A stretch of DNA of 64,000 nucleotides from NCBI GenBank assembly GCA_951406725.2, contig OX597822.1, positions 42,222,001-42,286,000 on the forward strand. The letters run 5' to 3'. The position numbers and the translations under genes were made by a program. A model generated the notes under the pieces. It had not been told where the DNA came from. It was given only the letters and a program-made list of their open reading frames with translations, and searched no databases. How positions within the stretch are numbered: the first letter of the stretch is position 1; the number at the start of each line of letters is the position of its first letter. Source of the DNA: Octopus vulgaris. Its lineage: Eukaryota. This document shows positions 24,713 through 38,283 of the stretch, in pieces.

Positions 24713-25349
24713 CAGTGGTTCTGAACCATTTTTACTCAGATGGACCCTCATAGCCATTTGATGTTTAAAAATCCTATTAGGTGTAGGAGTAGCTGTGTGG
24801 TAACTAGCTTGCTAACAAACCACATGGTTCTGGGTTCAGTCCCACTGCATGGCACCTTGAGCAAGTGTCTTCTACTATAGCTTCAGGCCGACCAAAGCCT
24901 TGTGAGTGGATTTGGTAGACAGAAACTGAAAGAAGCCTGTTGTATATATATGTGTATGTATGTGTGTGTGTATATATGTTTGTGTGTCTGTGTTTGTCCT
25001 CCCAACATAGCTTGACAACCGATGCTGGTGTGTTTACGTCCCCGTAACTTAGTGGTTCGGCAAAAGAGACCGATAGAATAAGTACTAGGCTTACAAAGAA
25101 TAAGTCCTGGGGTCAATTTGCTCAACTAAAGGCGGTGCTCCAGCATGGCCACAGTCAAATGACTGAAACAAGTAAAAGAGAGTTATACTCTATAATTAAA
25201 TATTATTAGGAATTTTATCAAATAAAAAAAAAAATAAAAATGATTTGTGTATAGTAGAAGTGTAACCAATTTATTGCACATGCTTTTTAACAACAGAATC
25301 TTTTATGGATCCCAACAAGGGCCATATGGACCCTAGTTGAGAACCACTG
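24713..25349. mobile_element. hAT-type MITE with nested SINE
   Basis: TIRs CAGTGGTTCT / AGAACCACTG and a perfect 8-bp TSD CTTTAAGC (24705-24712, 25350-25357). A related copy in the opposite orientation lies at 31557-31806. Confidence 0.85.
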
Positions 25350-25437
25350 CTTTAAGCCTCCACTCAATGCCAACAAAACTACACCATCCACTTTTCTGAA
25401 GGCACCTCAGTCAAATGCGAAAAATATGTGATTTATA

Positions 25438-26003
25438 TTGGGTTATCCAGAAAGTTTGTGCCGATTTATAGTAGCTTACCTTTCGACTTATTTTTAGAAC
25501 ATGGTTGAGTCCATAAAATAGGATTTGACTACACCTCCATTTAGAGCACAGTTTAAGCTATCTTTTCGTGGAAGAAGGTTTATGTTCCTATAACCTGTGT
25601 TAATTCTGTAGCCCTTTAAAATGGAAGATAAGAAAGTTCAATTTCAGCACTTGATGCTTTGGGAACCAGACAAAAATTGCTGCAACTCAGCTGGCATGTG
25701 TTACCCCACCCTCCATATTCACCAGATATTGCTCCTTCGGATTTCCACTTATTCAGGTCTCTGCAGAATAGTCTTGATGGGAAAAATTTCAATTCCTTGG
25801 ATGATGTTAAAAGATACTTTGATGAATTCTTTGCCATGAAACCACCTCAATTCTGAGAAGAGGGTATTTTCAAGTTAAAGGAAAGATAGGGACGCATTGT
25901 GCAACAAAATGGCTCATATTGGTTGATTAAAAATGTAATGGCAAGTATTTATTGACCTTTTTCTTTCCTTTAAAAATCGGTACAAACTTTCCGGACAACC
26001 CAA
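25438..26003 (+). mobile_element. internally deleted mariner element
   Basis: TIRs TTGGGTTATCCAGAAAGTTTGTGCCGATTT / AAATCGGTACAAACTTTCCGGACAACCCAA with TA flanks. HPPYSPDIAPSDFHLF motif. Confidence 0.9.
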
Positions 26004-26564
26004 TAGCAGTTCTACCTTGCATTCATATTCTCTACATCTCTTTGGCAATAACAACAACAATGAAAACAACTTTTGATGGTTTTTCTTTGTTTTTTTTTAG
26101 ATACTTCAAGATATTTATTCACTTTTAATAAAAATGTTTTTTCTTGGTATTTTCCCATTTTTTTTTCTTTTTTGACAATTTATGACAAAGCATATGTAAA
26201 AAGATTGTTGGTCATCAAATATGTTAATGTCAATAAATATTAACTTATCTGTTTTCCAGGCACAACTGTTATTGTTATTCTTTTACCACATAACAACAAG
26301 GTCAACATGGAAACTGTTAGTAAAAGGAGGGGAGGGATGCTTTTACAATAAAATGAAGGAACATGGGGTGAAAAAAATTGATAATTCATATTCTTGATTT
26401 GATCAACAAATTATGGAAGTTTATTAATTTACTGTTAATTACTGACATATTTAATGAGTGAGAACTATTTCAAAGTCTCCATTCACTTTGATAGAATTGA
26501 CAGAAGCAAATACTGTGAAAACTGTCACATCAAATAAGACTAACCATTTAGTAGTCACTACCAC

Positions 26565-26614
<50 letters not shown>

Positions 26615-26703
26615 GTGTGATTCTATAGGACATATATATGCATGAACATACATATATCAATATACACATGCCCACATCACACACACCGCTTTATATATAT
26701 ATT

Positions 26704-26735
<32 letters not shown>

Positions 26736-28536
26736 ATAGTATATTATACATAAATATACTATATTATATAATATATATATATACTATTTTATACACACAC
26801 ACATACTATATTATATATTTATACACACAGTATTATATATATATATAGTATAATATATATAGATATATATATATATATATATATACATAAATATATATAC
26901 ACACATATATTATATATGTATGTATGTGTATATATATATCTATATATGTGTGTATATATAAATATATACATACACACACTCTCATACACACATACTATGA
27001 TTAAGTTATAGAGAAAATTGGAATAAGGAAGAATAAAGGATAGTGCCTTGCAATTTGAACGCTCAACACTCCAAGATGGAGGACATCAGCAGACATCAAT
27101 CATATTTTATATCATGAACTTCTTAAATCTGGTAATTTTATTTGGGGATGGCATAAGACAAGAGAAAAAAAATGAAAATGCTCCTTGATTGAGGGTAAAA
27201 AAAAAATATCAGTTTAAACATAAAAACTAGAATAAACTCAGTCATCAAGAGATTGATGAATGAGGAAGTTCACTAGCTCCCAGTAAATGATGAAAGATTA
27301 ACGAGAGAACAGAGAAAGACTGATCATGGAGCAACTGACTTCCATCATGGAAGAAATTTACTGTAAGATAGAAATCAAATTGCAACATGGGCTGAATGTG
27401 GAAGATGCCATCCAAAATATATTACACTTTACACAGCCAGACAACATACATGTGTATAGGTATATACCCATGTCAACATACACGTATGTATGAATCAACA
27501 TTCAGAGAACATACATGTGTACATAAATATGTTTTTATATTATGTCTGTATGTGTGGTATAGTTGGAGCTTGTGTAAAATATGTCTCTGCGCAGGTAAAC
27601 AGTCATGTTTATAAGAGTATTTATTTATCTGTATAAGAGGTGCATATATGGCAGTATTTCTGTCTATATATATATCAGTGAATATACAGACTGTGTGCTC
27701 AGAGATATGGACAGCAATCAACCCAAAGTTTTGACATTGCATCCACATAGAAATATAGGGAGATTTAACTTTAAAGTAAGATCAGTAACAAACAGAGGTA
27801 GGTACACTAAACAGCTACACATTTGCATTTAAACATATGTACAGGAGGAAATATATTTTGAAAGGAATGGTTCAGTAGCCTTTTAGAAATAGAAGAACAG
27901 ACATAAGCGGATGAATTACATAAATTTAAACATGCTAATTAATCAAAAGACAGCAGGTTTTGAGTGTTTGAAATAGTTAACAGGTTGGTAAGTTGTAATT
28001 CTAGCTAAAGATCTTATAGAAAACCTTAAGGAATTTAATATGAAATAGAATATATGAAGTAGGGCATATGAAATATAATATGTGAAATATAATATGTGAA
28101 GTAAAGTATGTGAAAAGTAGTATAGTGTTGCCTTATGAGATGCTCATTTATGATATTATCTTAAGATACCGAATAATATCAATCACATTCAAACAGGGCA
28201 ACAAGACTGGCAAATCGAGGGAGTGTGTGTGGGGCTCTATGCAGTCACTCGACCTGCAAGTAATAGCAGCCAAATTCCCTCAAAATCACATCCTACCATC
28301 ATAAAACTGGAAGGAAGCATCGGACAATGCAGTCCTAAGTATAAAAAAAAGGGAGTGGGGATGGTTATGACTGGAATGCTTTTGATCAAAGTTGATCTAG
28401 AGCTAAACAATAGCTGTAAAACAACTAACTTATAAACGCATGCCATGCATGTGTGCCTGGGATTTCACAAGCATGCACACATACACATATATAACATATA
28501 TATATGTGCATACACACAAGTGCATTAATGCATATA

Positions 28537-28567
<31 letters not shown>

Positions 28568-29345
28568 GCATCTGGTTTGTAAAGATTTGATAAAATGACA
28601 AAATGGAAATAGAAGTGCTATAGATTGTGTACACAATATTTTGTCATTTTAAATTTTATGATCATACATATATATATACACGTACATCATACATACATAC
28701 ATATATACATTCACATGTCTCACTATCAGCTGCCTGTCCACGCATCACCACAAAATCCAATAAAGAACACAGCCAGAGTTATCTCCCTTCCACCACAAGC
28801 CAATCAGCTTAAAGTCTTCAGCAAGTCTCTACACAGAACTTTAAATAAAGAAATAAAATTATTTATCATATCCTTAGAAGAAAAAGAAAATACAAAAATA
28901 AAATTTTTAATAATAAAAGACAGGAAAATACCATTGAGGAATGGCTAGAAGAATTTTAAAATGTTGACTTAAATTCCGTAATTAAAATATAATTTAGCAA
29001 CTTTAACACACCTGAAAAAACAAAACGAAAAAAAATATCCAAGAAAAAATTTCAACTAAAAAAAAAACAAAAATTGCTTTTCAGGTAAATGAACTCGATA
29101 TAACTTTATAGGTTCTTTTTTGGTCCAAAACTTTCTGGAGAAAACAAAGGGTTTTTTTTCCTTTTTTTGTGTGTGTTGTCAAGAATAAAGACAGTTCCCT
29201 CCAATATTACACCCCATGTAAACACAAATGTTGCACAAATCTGTATTGTCATGAAAAGAAGCTGGAATGGTTGGGTTATGTCAGCCAAAAAGATTAACCT
29301 AAAAAACAGGTTATGGCCAGTTTTAGACAGGTTTACAAAGTTGTA

Positions 29346-29514
29346 TCAAAAGATGCTTGCATAGTTTTGAAGAAGAAATTGGACAATTTGGCTCTGGTAG
29401 GTGATACTGATGGCAAGATTGTGTAATTCCCGTTCTGGCCACATCAATGTTGGTCCAAAGACAATAGCCACGTTTTGAGTGAGCATTCGGTTGTGTTCAG
29501 ATAATTTTATTACT
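29346..29514 (-). CDS. RhoGAP last coding exon
   Basis: tttcag|A VIKLSEHNRMLTQNVAIVFGPTLMWPERELHNLAISITYQSQIVQFLLQNYASIF*. Contains the N-x-M...N-x-AIVFGPTL GAP motif. Confidence 0.96.
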
Positions 29515-30180
29515 CTGAAAAAGAAATATGAATTTGTTAGATGTGAATACTGAAAAATGAAAAATATACAATAGAAAGATATACAAAGGCGTAGGAGTGG
29601 CTTGCTTACGAACCACATGGTTCTGGGTTCAGTCCCACTGCAGGCCGACCAAAGCCTTGTGAGTGGGTTTGGTAGATGGAAACTGAAAGAAGCGCGTCGT
29701 AATATGTATGTATGTATGTATGTATGATGTATGTATGATGTATGTATGTGTGTGCATATGTTTGTGTGTCTGTGTTTGTCCCCCCCAACATCGCTTGACA
29801 ACCAATGTTGGTGTGCTTACGTCCCCATAACTTAGCAGTTCGGCAAAAGAGACCGATAAAATAAGTCCTAGGCTTATAAAGAATAAGTGCTGGGGTCGAT
29901 TTGCACAACTAAAGGTGGTGCTCCAGCATTGACACAGTCAAATGACTGAAACAAATAAAAGAGTAAAAGAGAGAGTAAAGAATGAAAATATCGTTACAGA
30001 AATTATGCAGATGTGGCTGCATGCCAAAAAATTTGCTTCCCGAACCTCGTGGTTTGGGATTCAGTCCCACTGCAATGGCATTTTGGGCAAGTGTCTTCAA
30101 CTATAAGCCTCAGGCCAACCAAAGCCTTGTGAGTGGATGTGGCAGATGCAAACTGAAAGAAGCCCGATGTGCATGTGCAT

Positions 30181-30222
<42 letters not shown>

Positions 30223-30583
30223 TTGATAACTTGTGTTGGTTTGTTTACATCCCCTGTAACTGTATGCCACAAAAGAGACCAATAGAATAAGTATCAGATT
30301 TTAAAATAATAAGTACTGGGGTTGATTTAACTATACCCTTCAAGGCAGTACCCCAGCATGGCCACAGTCCAATGGCTAAAACAAGTAAAAAATAAAAGAT
30401 AAGAGACAAAAGACTTAACAAAACTGGTTCCAAAAATGAGGAACATTTAAGTTATAGCTAAATTTCAGATTTCAAATATTTTAAGACAACAGTTTTTGAT
30501 AACCTCATTTTGGCCAGGTCAGTGTATTTCTTAATAACTTGCAGAGAGAAGTTACACATCAAATAAAAAAGTAATATGCTGAC

Positions 30584-30698
30584 CTTAGAAGGTGTTGAAG
30601 CAGCATCTTAAGTGTCTCAAAGTGGCACTTGGGAAAGCTATGAATAATTTCTTTGTATTTCCTTAAATTCTCTTCGCGTTTTGTAGCACTTTCTGCTT
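30584..30698 (-). CDS. RhoGAP exon, GAP domain
   Basis: tcacag|AA AESATKREENLRKYKEIIHSFPKCHFETLKMLLQHLL AG|gtcagc, phase 1/2. Confidence 0.93.
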
Positions 30699-31369
30699 CT
30701 GTGAAAACAATGTTAAAAGGAAATATTAAAGACTACAAATGAAATGGCAAAGCACAGAAACAAGAAAAGAAATTAATTATTTTTATAATTTAGGTATAAG
30801 GCCAGTAATTTTGAAGTGAGGGGGATCAGCCAATACTATCAACCCCAGTACTTGACTGGTACTTTATCAACTCTCAAAGGATGAAAGACAAAATTGACCT
30901 CAGCAGGATTTGAACTCAGAATGTAAAAAAACCATAACTAAATATTGCAAGGCATTTTCTGGTGCTCTAAGTATAAGCAGACAAAGAAAAAACAATTTCT
31001 TCCCTCACTATGATGACTGAGATGTCTAACAAAATGGAAAAGTATGTAAAATATGATTCAGTTAACCCATACCAAGCCTGTGAAATTCTCAGATTGTGTT
31101 CTTCAAGAACTCTTGATAGCAGGAGATTACTCAGCAACATATAATAATAAAGCTGTGATGTTTGCACCATTACCATCACCACCAACAGCACCATATTCCT
31201 TTGATTAGGATGGTCAGTAGGTCCTTCTCCTCTGTATGATGGCTTGATGTTGAGGTCAAGCCTTTATTTCTTAGACAAATCTTTCGTGACTTGAAATAGG
31301 AGATGGTGGTGAGAGAGAGAAGTATCTTCTTCCTTCTTTTTTACGGCTTTCTTGAGTGGTGGGATTGCA

Positions 31370-31423
<54 letters not shown>

Positions 31424-33310
31424 GTCTTTCTTTCTACTGTTGCCCCCAATGACTCTGCATCTCCCCTCTCATTTGCTTCTGTCTTCCTCTAACTTTCATT
31501 CATCGTCAACAATCACCCACTCTGTTGATTTCATAATGAATGAGGACAATATAGACCAGTGGTTCTCAACAAGGGTCCAATTGACCCCTGGGGATCCATT
31601 TTGTTGTTAAAACTGATGCAATAAATTGCTGATACTTCTACAGAACACAAAATATTTCAATAGTTTTTTTCTTTACACATTTCCTAATAACATTTCATTA
31701 TAAAAATAGAATTGGATTTTCTTAAACATCAAATGGCTATGAGGGTCCACCCCAAAGAAATAGGAACCAAACGGGTCCATAGGTGAAAAATGGCTGAGAA
31801 CCACTGAGACCAATGAAGAACCTCTTGTGTTGTGGGGTACAAGAGAACTCCTCTAGTGCTGTTGCTACAATAAAATGAATTCAATACGATCATTTAAGTG
31901 GCTGGTTTAGGAAGAGCATCCAGCTGTTGAAGCCATGCCAAAAAAGGAACATATGAGCAAAACTTGGCCCCAAAGTCATAATTCACAATAACGACAGAGT
32001 CAAACTGCGATGACTCACTCATCTTATGCCAACATATGAAGCAGATGTAAAACAATGATGATGATGATACATGATCATCATCATCAGCAGCTTCATCACC
32101 ATCAGCATTTTAATGTCATCTACTTTTCTATGCTTGCATGGGTCAGATGAAAGTATATTGGGACAGAATTTTCTGCAGCCTGTCAGCAGTACTAGTGGTT
32201 TTCCAATGAGGTAATAATTTCTCCGTCTATCAAACAACCCAGACCCTTTTGCAAACAACATCATCATTGAGACCATTGTTTACAACCAGTGAACATAAAC
32301 ACACACAAACATACAAGAAGAGGACATATAGTTATTAAAGAAAGTAGAAGAATTGATAAAATAAGGTAGATTATGCAAGTGTTATGTCCTAAATATCAAT
32401 TACCCGAATTGAAACCACAATCTTGCAATCATGAGTACAACATCCTAACTACTAGGTTACCTGCTCTCACATGCAAATGTGGTATACACGAACAAAAGAA
32501 CAGAAATTCCCAGACTAGCTACATGCATTTACATTGATGTCTTACATGAGTTTTAGTTATATACTGGAAGAAGACATGTAGTCTTGATGATTTTCTCAAT
32601 TTTTTCCTATTCGTCATCAATACAATATTTTTAGCATGAACATCACATGAAAAATATGTAGGAAATATCTCAGAATGGCAGCAACAGCAGCTATATGGAG
32701 GTGCAATGGCCCAGTGGTTAGGGCAGCAGCTGTGTGGTCATAAGAACACGGTTTCGATTCCCAGACCAGGTATTGTGAGTGTTTATTGAGCAAAAACACC
32801 TAAGCTCCACGAGGCTCCAGTGGGGGTGTTGGTGAATCCTGCTGTACTCTTTCATCACAACTTTCTCTCACTCTTTTTTCTTACTTCTGCCACAAAGCAG
32901 AGGAACCATGGTGTAACTCACTATGGTGTGGTAAAACTTTCAGACCCTAGTCTAGATTGCGAATCCTCTGTACCCCAGGATGGTTCAGCTCTCCACCTGT
33001 TAAAAGCCACCGTTTATGGAATGAGGATAACGTAGCTTTCGCACCCGTACAACCGCCAGTTTATCGCGTGTGGTGGATGGATCTTCAAGTTGTCACACGC
33101 ATTCTTAGTAGCTTAGAGTAGGCTCAAATTAGAGATTATTCTTTGTAGCAAATGGCGTGAGTCCTGATTGGAAGAAGAAGAAGAAGACAGCAGACATCAT
33201 TATCATTATCATCATTGCCACTGCCACCATCACGCACATCTTTTAGCCATTATCATCACTGTCCTCATCATATGATATAAAAACAATACAAAGCTTAAAA
33301 AGTCACTTAC

Positions 33311-33451
33311 TGACAATTTCCATTAGTTTATCAAACTTATTGAATGGAATCAAAGGCTCTTTCAGTTCTCTAAAAAAGAGTTTTAGGGCCCCAGTTAATG
33401 TGTGAATATCCCAGCATTCATCATCCAGATTGAATCGACTGTTAGCATTAA
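33311..33451 (-). CDS. RhoGAP exon, GAP domain
   Basis: tttcag|TT NANSRFNLDDECWDIHTLTGALKLFFRELKEPLIPFNKFDKLMEIV A|gtaagt. Confidence 0.96.
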
Positions 33452-34169
33452 CTGAAATAAAAAAAAAAATAGCATTAATTAAAGTCAGTTCAGACAAAAT
33501 AATTAAATAAATAAATGATAATATGGTGCCTTCGTTTCACCAGAAGACAACGAAAATAGAATTGGTCAGGATATGTGCTAGATGAACCGCATAGGCTAAA
33601 TTCTTTTATCTTTTAATTGGTTCTGCCATTAGACTGTGGCCATGCTGGAGCACCACCTTGAAGACTCTTTAGTTGAATGTATCAACCCCCAAGGCTTATT
33701 GTTTGAAAGCCTAGTATTTATTCTATCTTTTGCTGAATTGCTAAGTTATTGGGATGTACACAAACCAACACCAGTTGTCAAGTGGTGGTAATGGTGGTGG
33801 GGGACAAATACAGACACAAGGACAAACACAAGCAAACACACACACATGACAAGCTTTTTCAGTTTTCCTTTCTCAAATACACTCACAAGGCTTTGGTCAG
33901 CCTGGAGCTATAGTAGAAGACACTTGCCCAAGGTACCATACAGTGGGATTGAACCCAGAACCATGTGGTTAGGAAGCAAACTTCTTACCACACAACCATG
34001 CCTTAAAAATAATTAAGAAAATTGTGAATAGTGAGTGGGAAGGTGAAGTTAAGTTGACTATCCTCAAAAATATACAGATGGAAGGGTGGGCAGTGGGGAG
34101 GAAGGCTCAACTGGAACCAAAACTAGATTTTTTTTTTAATGTCTTTTATTTGGTAAGAATCCATTTGTG

Positions 34170-34480
34170 TGAAGGCACATGGCTCAGTGGTTAGAGTGTA
34201 GAGCTTACAATCATGAGGTTATGAGTTTGATTCCTAGACAGGGCTACGTGTTATATTCTTGAGCAAAACACTTTATTTCATGTTGCTCCCGTTCACTTAG
34301 CTGTAGAAATGAGTTGCAACATCACTGGTGCCAAACTGTATCGGCCTTTGCCTTTCCCTTGGGCAAGCTGGTATGCATGGGCAACTGCTGGCCTTCCATA
34401 AACAACCTAGCCTGGACTTGTACCTCAGAGGGAAACTTTCTAGCTGCAATCACATGGTCATTCATGACCGAAGGGGGTCA
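34170..34480 (+). mobile_element. tRNA-derived SINE family C
   Basis: Head GCACATGGCTCAGTGGTTAGAG..CAATCATGAGGT..GTTxxATTCC. Related copies at ~44620-44880 and ~6080-6250. Confidence 0.7.
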
Positions 34481-35475
34481 CCCAATCCTTTTCACTATAA
34501 GCACAAGGCCTAAAATTTAGTGAGAGGGGCATAGTTGATTACATCAACCCTAGTATTCGACTGGTACTTAGTTTATCAACCTCAAAAGGATGGTAGGCAA
34601 AGGCGACCTCAGCTGCATTTGAACTCAGAATGTAAAGGCAAATGAAATGATGCTAAGCCTTTGGTCCACACACCAACAATTTTACCAACTTGCCACTTTA
34701 TTTGGTAATAAATAAATGTTAATAGATGAGTCACCATATTCCTTGATTAGCAGTTGGTGTTCGTGGAGTGGTATCGATGGCAGTGGTAGTAGGAGATATG
34801 GTGGTGGTAGTGGTGGTAAGAGTCATGAAGTGCCATCTATAATCCACTCGTGCCAGTACCACAAATAAAGCACCCAGTACACTCTGTAAAGTGGTTGGCA
34901 TTAGGAAGGGTATCCAGCCATAGAAACCATGCCAAAATAGCCAACTGGATCCTTGGACAGCCCTTTGGCTGATCAGCTTCCGTCCATACGTCCTACCCAT
35001 GCCAGCATGGATAACAGACGTTAGATGATGGTGATTTGGCGATGATGAATTACAACCACAACTGGGTACAAGCAGATAACATGAGGGTGTTTGGAGGAGG
35101 ACACAGGCTAGCAATGGGTAGGGAGAAGTGGAATAATTATCATAATGAAAATATTGCAAAAACAAACTCCAAAAAACAACAAAAATAACTTCTTATGCTG
35201 ATTACAGAATAAATGTGAAAAAACATTTAAGCTAGATTATCAGATTATTGCACTAACAGCTTCTTACTGTTATCACTAGAAGCAGTTAGTGCAATAAATG
35301 TACTAGTAGGCATAGGAGTGTCTGTGTGGTAAGTAGCTTGCTTACCAACCGCATGGTTCCGGGTTCAGCCCCACTGCGTGGCACCTTGGCCACATAATTT
35401 TCTCTTCTACTATAGCTTCGGGCCGACCAAAGCCTTGTGAGTGGATTTGGCAGACGGAAACTGAAAGAATCCCGT

Positions 35476-35512
<37 letters not shown>

Positions 35513-35733
35513 ATGTTTGTGTGTCTGTGTTTGTCCCTACACCATCGCTTGACAACCGATGCTGGTGTGCTTACGCCCCCATAACTTAGCAGTTCGGCAA
35601 AAGAGACCGATAGAATAAGCACTAGGCTTACAAAGAATAAGTCCTGGGGGTCGATTTGCTCAACTAAGGGTGGTGCTCCAGCATGGCCACAGTCAAATTA
35701 CTGAAACAAGTAAAAGAGTAATAATATACTTAC

Positions 35734-35913
35734 TGTTGTCTACTGAAAGACGTAGCTTCTGTATTTCAGCGAGGTTACCACTAACTCGGTACAGACCGTC
35801 TTGCTTAAGTCCTCGGTTTTCAATACTCTTGATGCATAATTTTACAAAGTTTGGCACTGTGGAATTATCTCTGTTGCAAATATCCTTCAGGAGAGCACCG
35901 AACGTTGTATCAG
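35734..35913 (-). CDS. RhoGAP exon, GAP domain N-terminal part with arginine finger
   Basis: cctcag|CT DTTFGALLKDICNRDNSTVPNFVKLCIKSIENRGLKQDGLYRVSGNLAEIQKLRLSVDN A|gtaagt. GLYRVSG carries the catalytic Arg. Phase 1/1. Confidence 0.96.
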
Positions 35914-38069
35914 CTGAGGAGAATAAATGAGATGTGTCATAATATTGGCAGAAACATAGTTTTTTTCTAACATTAAACTGAGGTGTGTCATTAATCATGT
36001 TTATAGTTATGTCACATATACACATATATACATACACACAAATATATAAAGATGATGGGCTGTTTCAGTTTCTATCTGGAGCAATAGAGGAAGAGACCAG
36101 CTTAAGGTGATAAAGAGGAACTGAACCCAAAACCATGTGGTTAGGAAAGAAACTTCTTAACCACAGGGCCATCACACACACGCACACACACACATGTATT
36201 TATATACATACATAAACACGAATAATTAGGTTAGTATTTGTATAAAGAATTGGAAATCATTTCCTCTTTCTCCTTATCATGGTTTTTGTACTCATTTTTC
36301 ATGTTGGGCATCAAATAGACACGACTTGTTGAAACAGTATTCTCTTTTTATAGTTTTAGTCTAGTAAGACTTGCCTACTTAGCTTACTCAGATATCATGG
36401 CCTTGATACACACGCACACACACACCACACACACAGTGATCCTCCTTGTCTCTCTTCACCCAAATTAATCATTAAAGTTAATGACATTCTTCCTTCATTC
36501 CAGCTGTAATTTTAATTAATCTTATATTTACTATAATAGCATCCACTTTATGTTTTCATAGAGAATTTCCCCCCAGTCTTTCTTTTAAGTTGCCACCCCG
36601 TCAATATTTACTGAAATTCTATAGAGCTGACAGTCAGCTTTATGCTCAATAATTACAGATGAGAGTGTTTTGTTGAGGAGGTCAAATAAGACTGAAGCAT
36701 ACTCAGAGTTGTCCCTGCATTACTAAAGATCAGACTCACATCTGAAGATAAATCTTCATTCAATTATTAACTGATTTTTATTTCAGACTTGCCTCTCTTG
36801 ACTTTCTCTCCACAAAATATCATTTAGTCTAATGATTATTACTCCCCATATCATGTGTAATTTTAAGTAAATAAAAAATGCCCAGTCTCACTATACTATG
36901 TTAGCTCTTGTCCTATTCTCTCCGCTTCTCTCTCTCTCTCTCTCTCTCTCTGTCTCCATTTCCCCCACGTTTTCTCTGTATTGTCTTTTCTTTCATCAGA
37001 AACATTTACATCCAAAACATCATGAAACATTCATCAGAAACATATCCAAAACATCATGACACGCCATTCTCTTTACTAGTGTTAAACTAATACCAAATCA
37101 TTGTACTTCGTTCTTCACAAGCTGCTCTTTCTGAGTTGTTTGCTAACTGTTTATAACTTTACACTAAGCATAATGAAGAGACACATAACCAACATTAACA
37201 GATGATTTGCACACAATAACGGTTACATACAATCATTATATGAGTTAAACTCATGTGGAAAGCAAATAACATTGCAGCTGACCGTTTGGGGTGTGGGACT
37301 GTACTGTGGATGACAACAGTATTTCATAGAGCATATTGAAGAGTTGTGATTGGTGAGGAGCAGTACTCTGAGTAACAACACAGTGTTATAGAGAATTATG
37401 TAAAATTGTGGTGGGTGAGGAACATACATGAAAGGAAGACATAGAATTCTCACAATAGTGGGTAACGTAATGAATAAACGAGAGTGGGTGTGTGTTTCTA
37501 CATGTCTGTGTGTGTGAGTGTACATCAAAATCAAATGTCAAGTACATCAAAATCAAATGGAAATTGTAGTTGTGTTCCCCGTGCTGGTGGCATGTAAAAA
37601 GCGCCGCCTTGACAGGCTAAAAAAGCACCTACCAATCATGGTCGTTGCCAGCCTCCTTTGGCCCCTGTGCCAGTGGAATGTAAAAAGCACCCAATACACT
37701 CACAGAGTGGTTGGCGTTAGGAGGGGCATCCAGCTGCAGATACAATGCCAGATCAGACTGGAGCCTGGTGCAGCCTCCTGGCTTCTCAGTCCCCAGTCGA
37801 ACTGTCCAACCCATGCCAGCATGGAAAACAGACATTAATCGATGATGATGATGATATGGTTCAGCTAACTGATTTCTCTAAGAAGCTTACAAAGCTTCAA
37901 GTTGCATGGGGCCAAATCAAACTGGTTTGAATTATACATACATACATACATACATACATACAAATATACATACATATATACACAGATACATACATACATA
38001 TATGCACGCACAGACATGTATGTATCTATGTACATGTACATATGAATTTCCCAGTAGTTGTCTACTTAC

Positions 38070-38283
38070 ATATTCCACTTGGTTTTTCAGAAACTGTTTC
38101 TAAGTCAGGAGATTGCCAGTTGCTATGAACAGAAGTTTCACTATAATAGGGAACTGGGGAGAAATTCTGCCCATAGATGTAAACATTTGTATGATAGTGG
38201 ACATAATTATTTGGGTAGAACTGAGGGTAAATCCAGCCGGAATGAGCAGGCCCATATCCATAATTGTCAATATTATTAGCCAT
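38070..38283 (-). CDS. putative alternative first coding exon of the RhoGAP gene (short GAP-only isoform)
   Basis: ATG with an upstream in-frame TAA, then 71 codons +1 nt ending in a consensus donor T|gtaagt. Phase 1 matches the acceptor at 35913. Confidence 0.6.
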
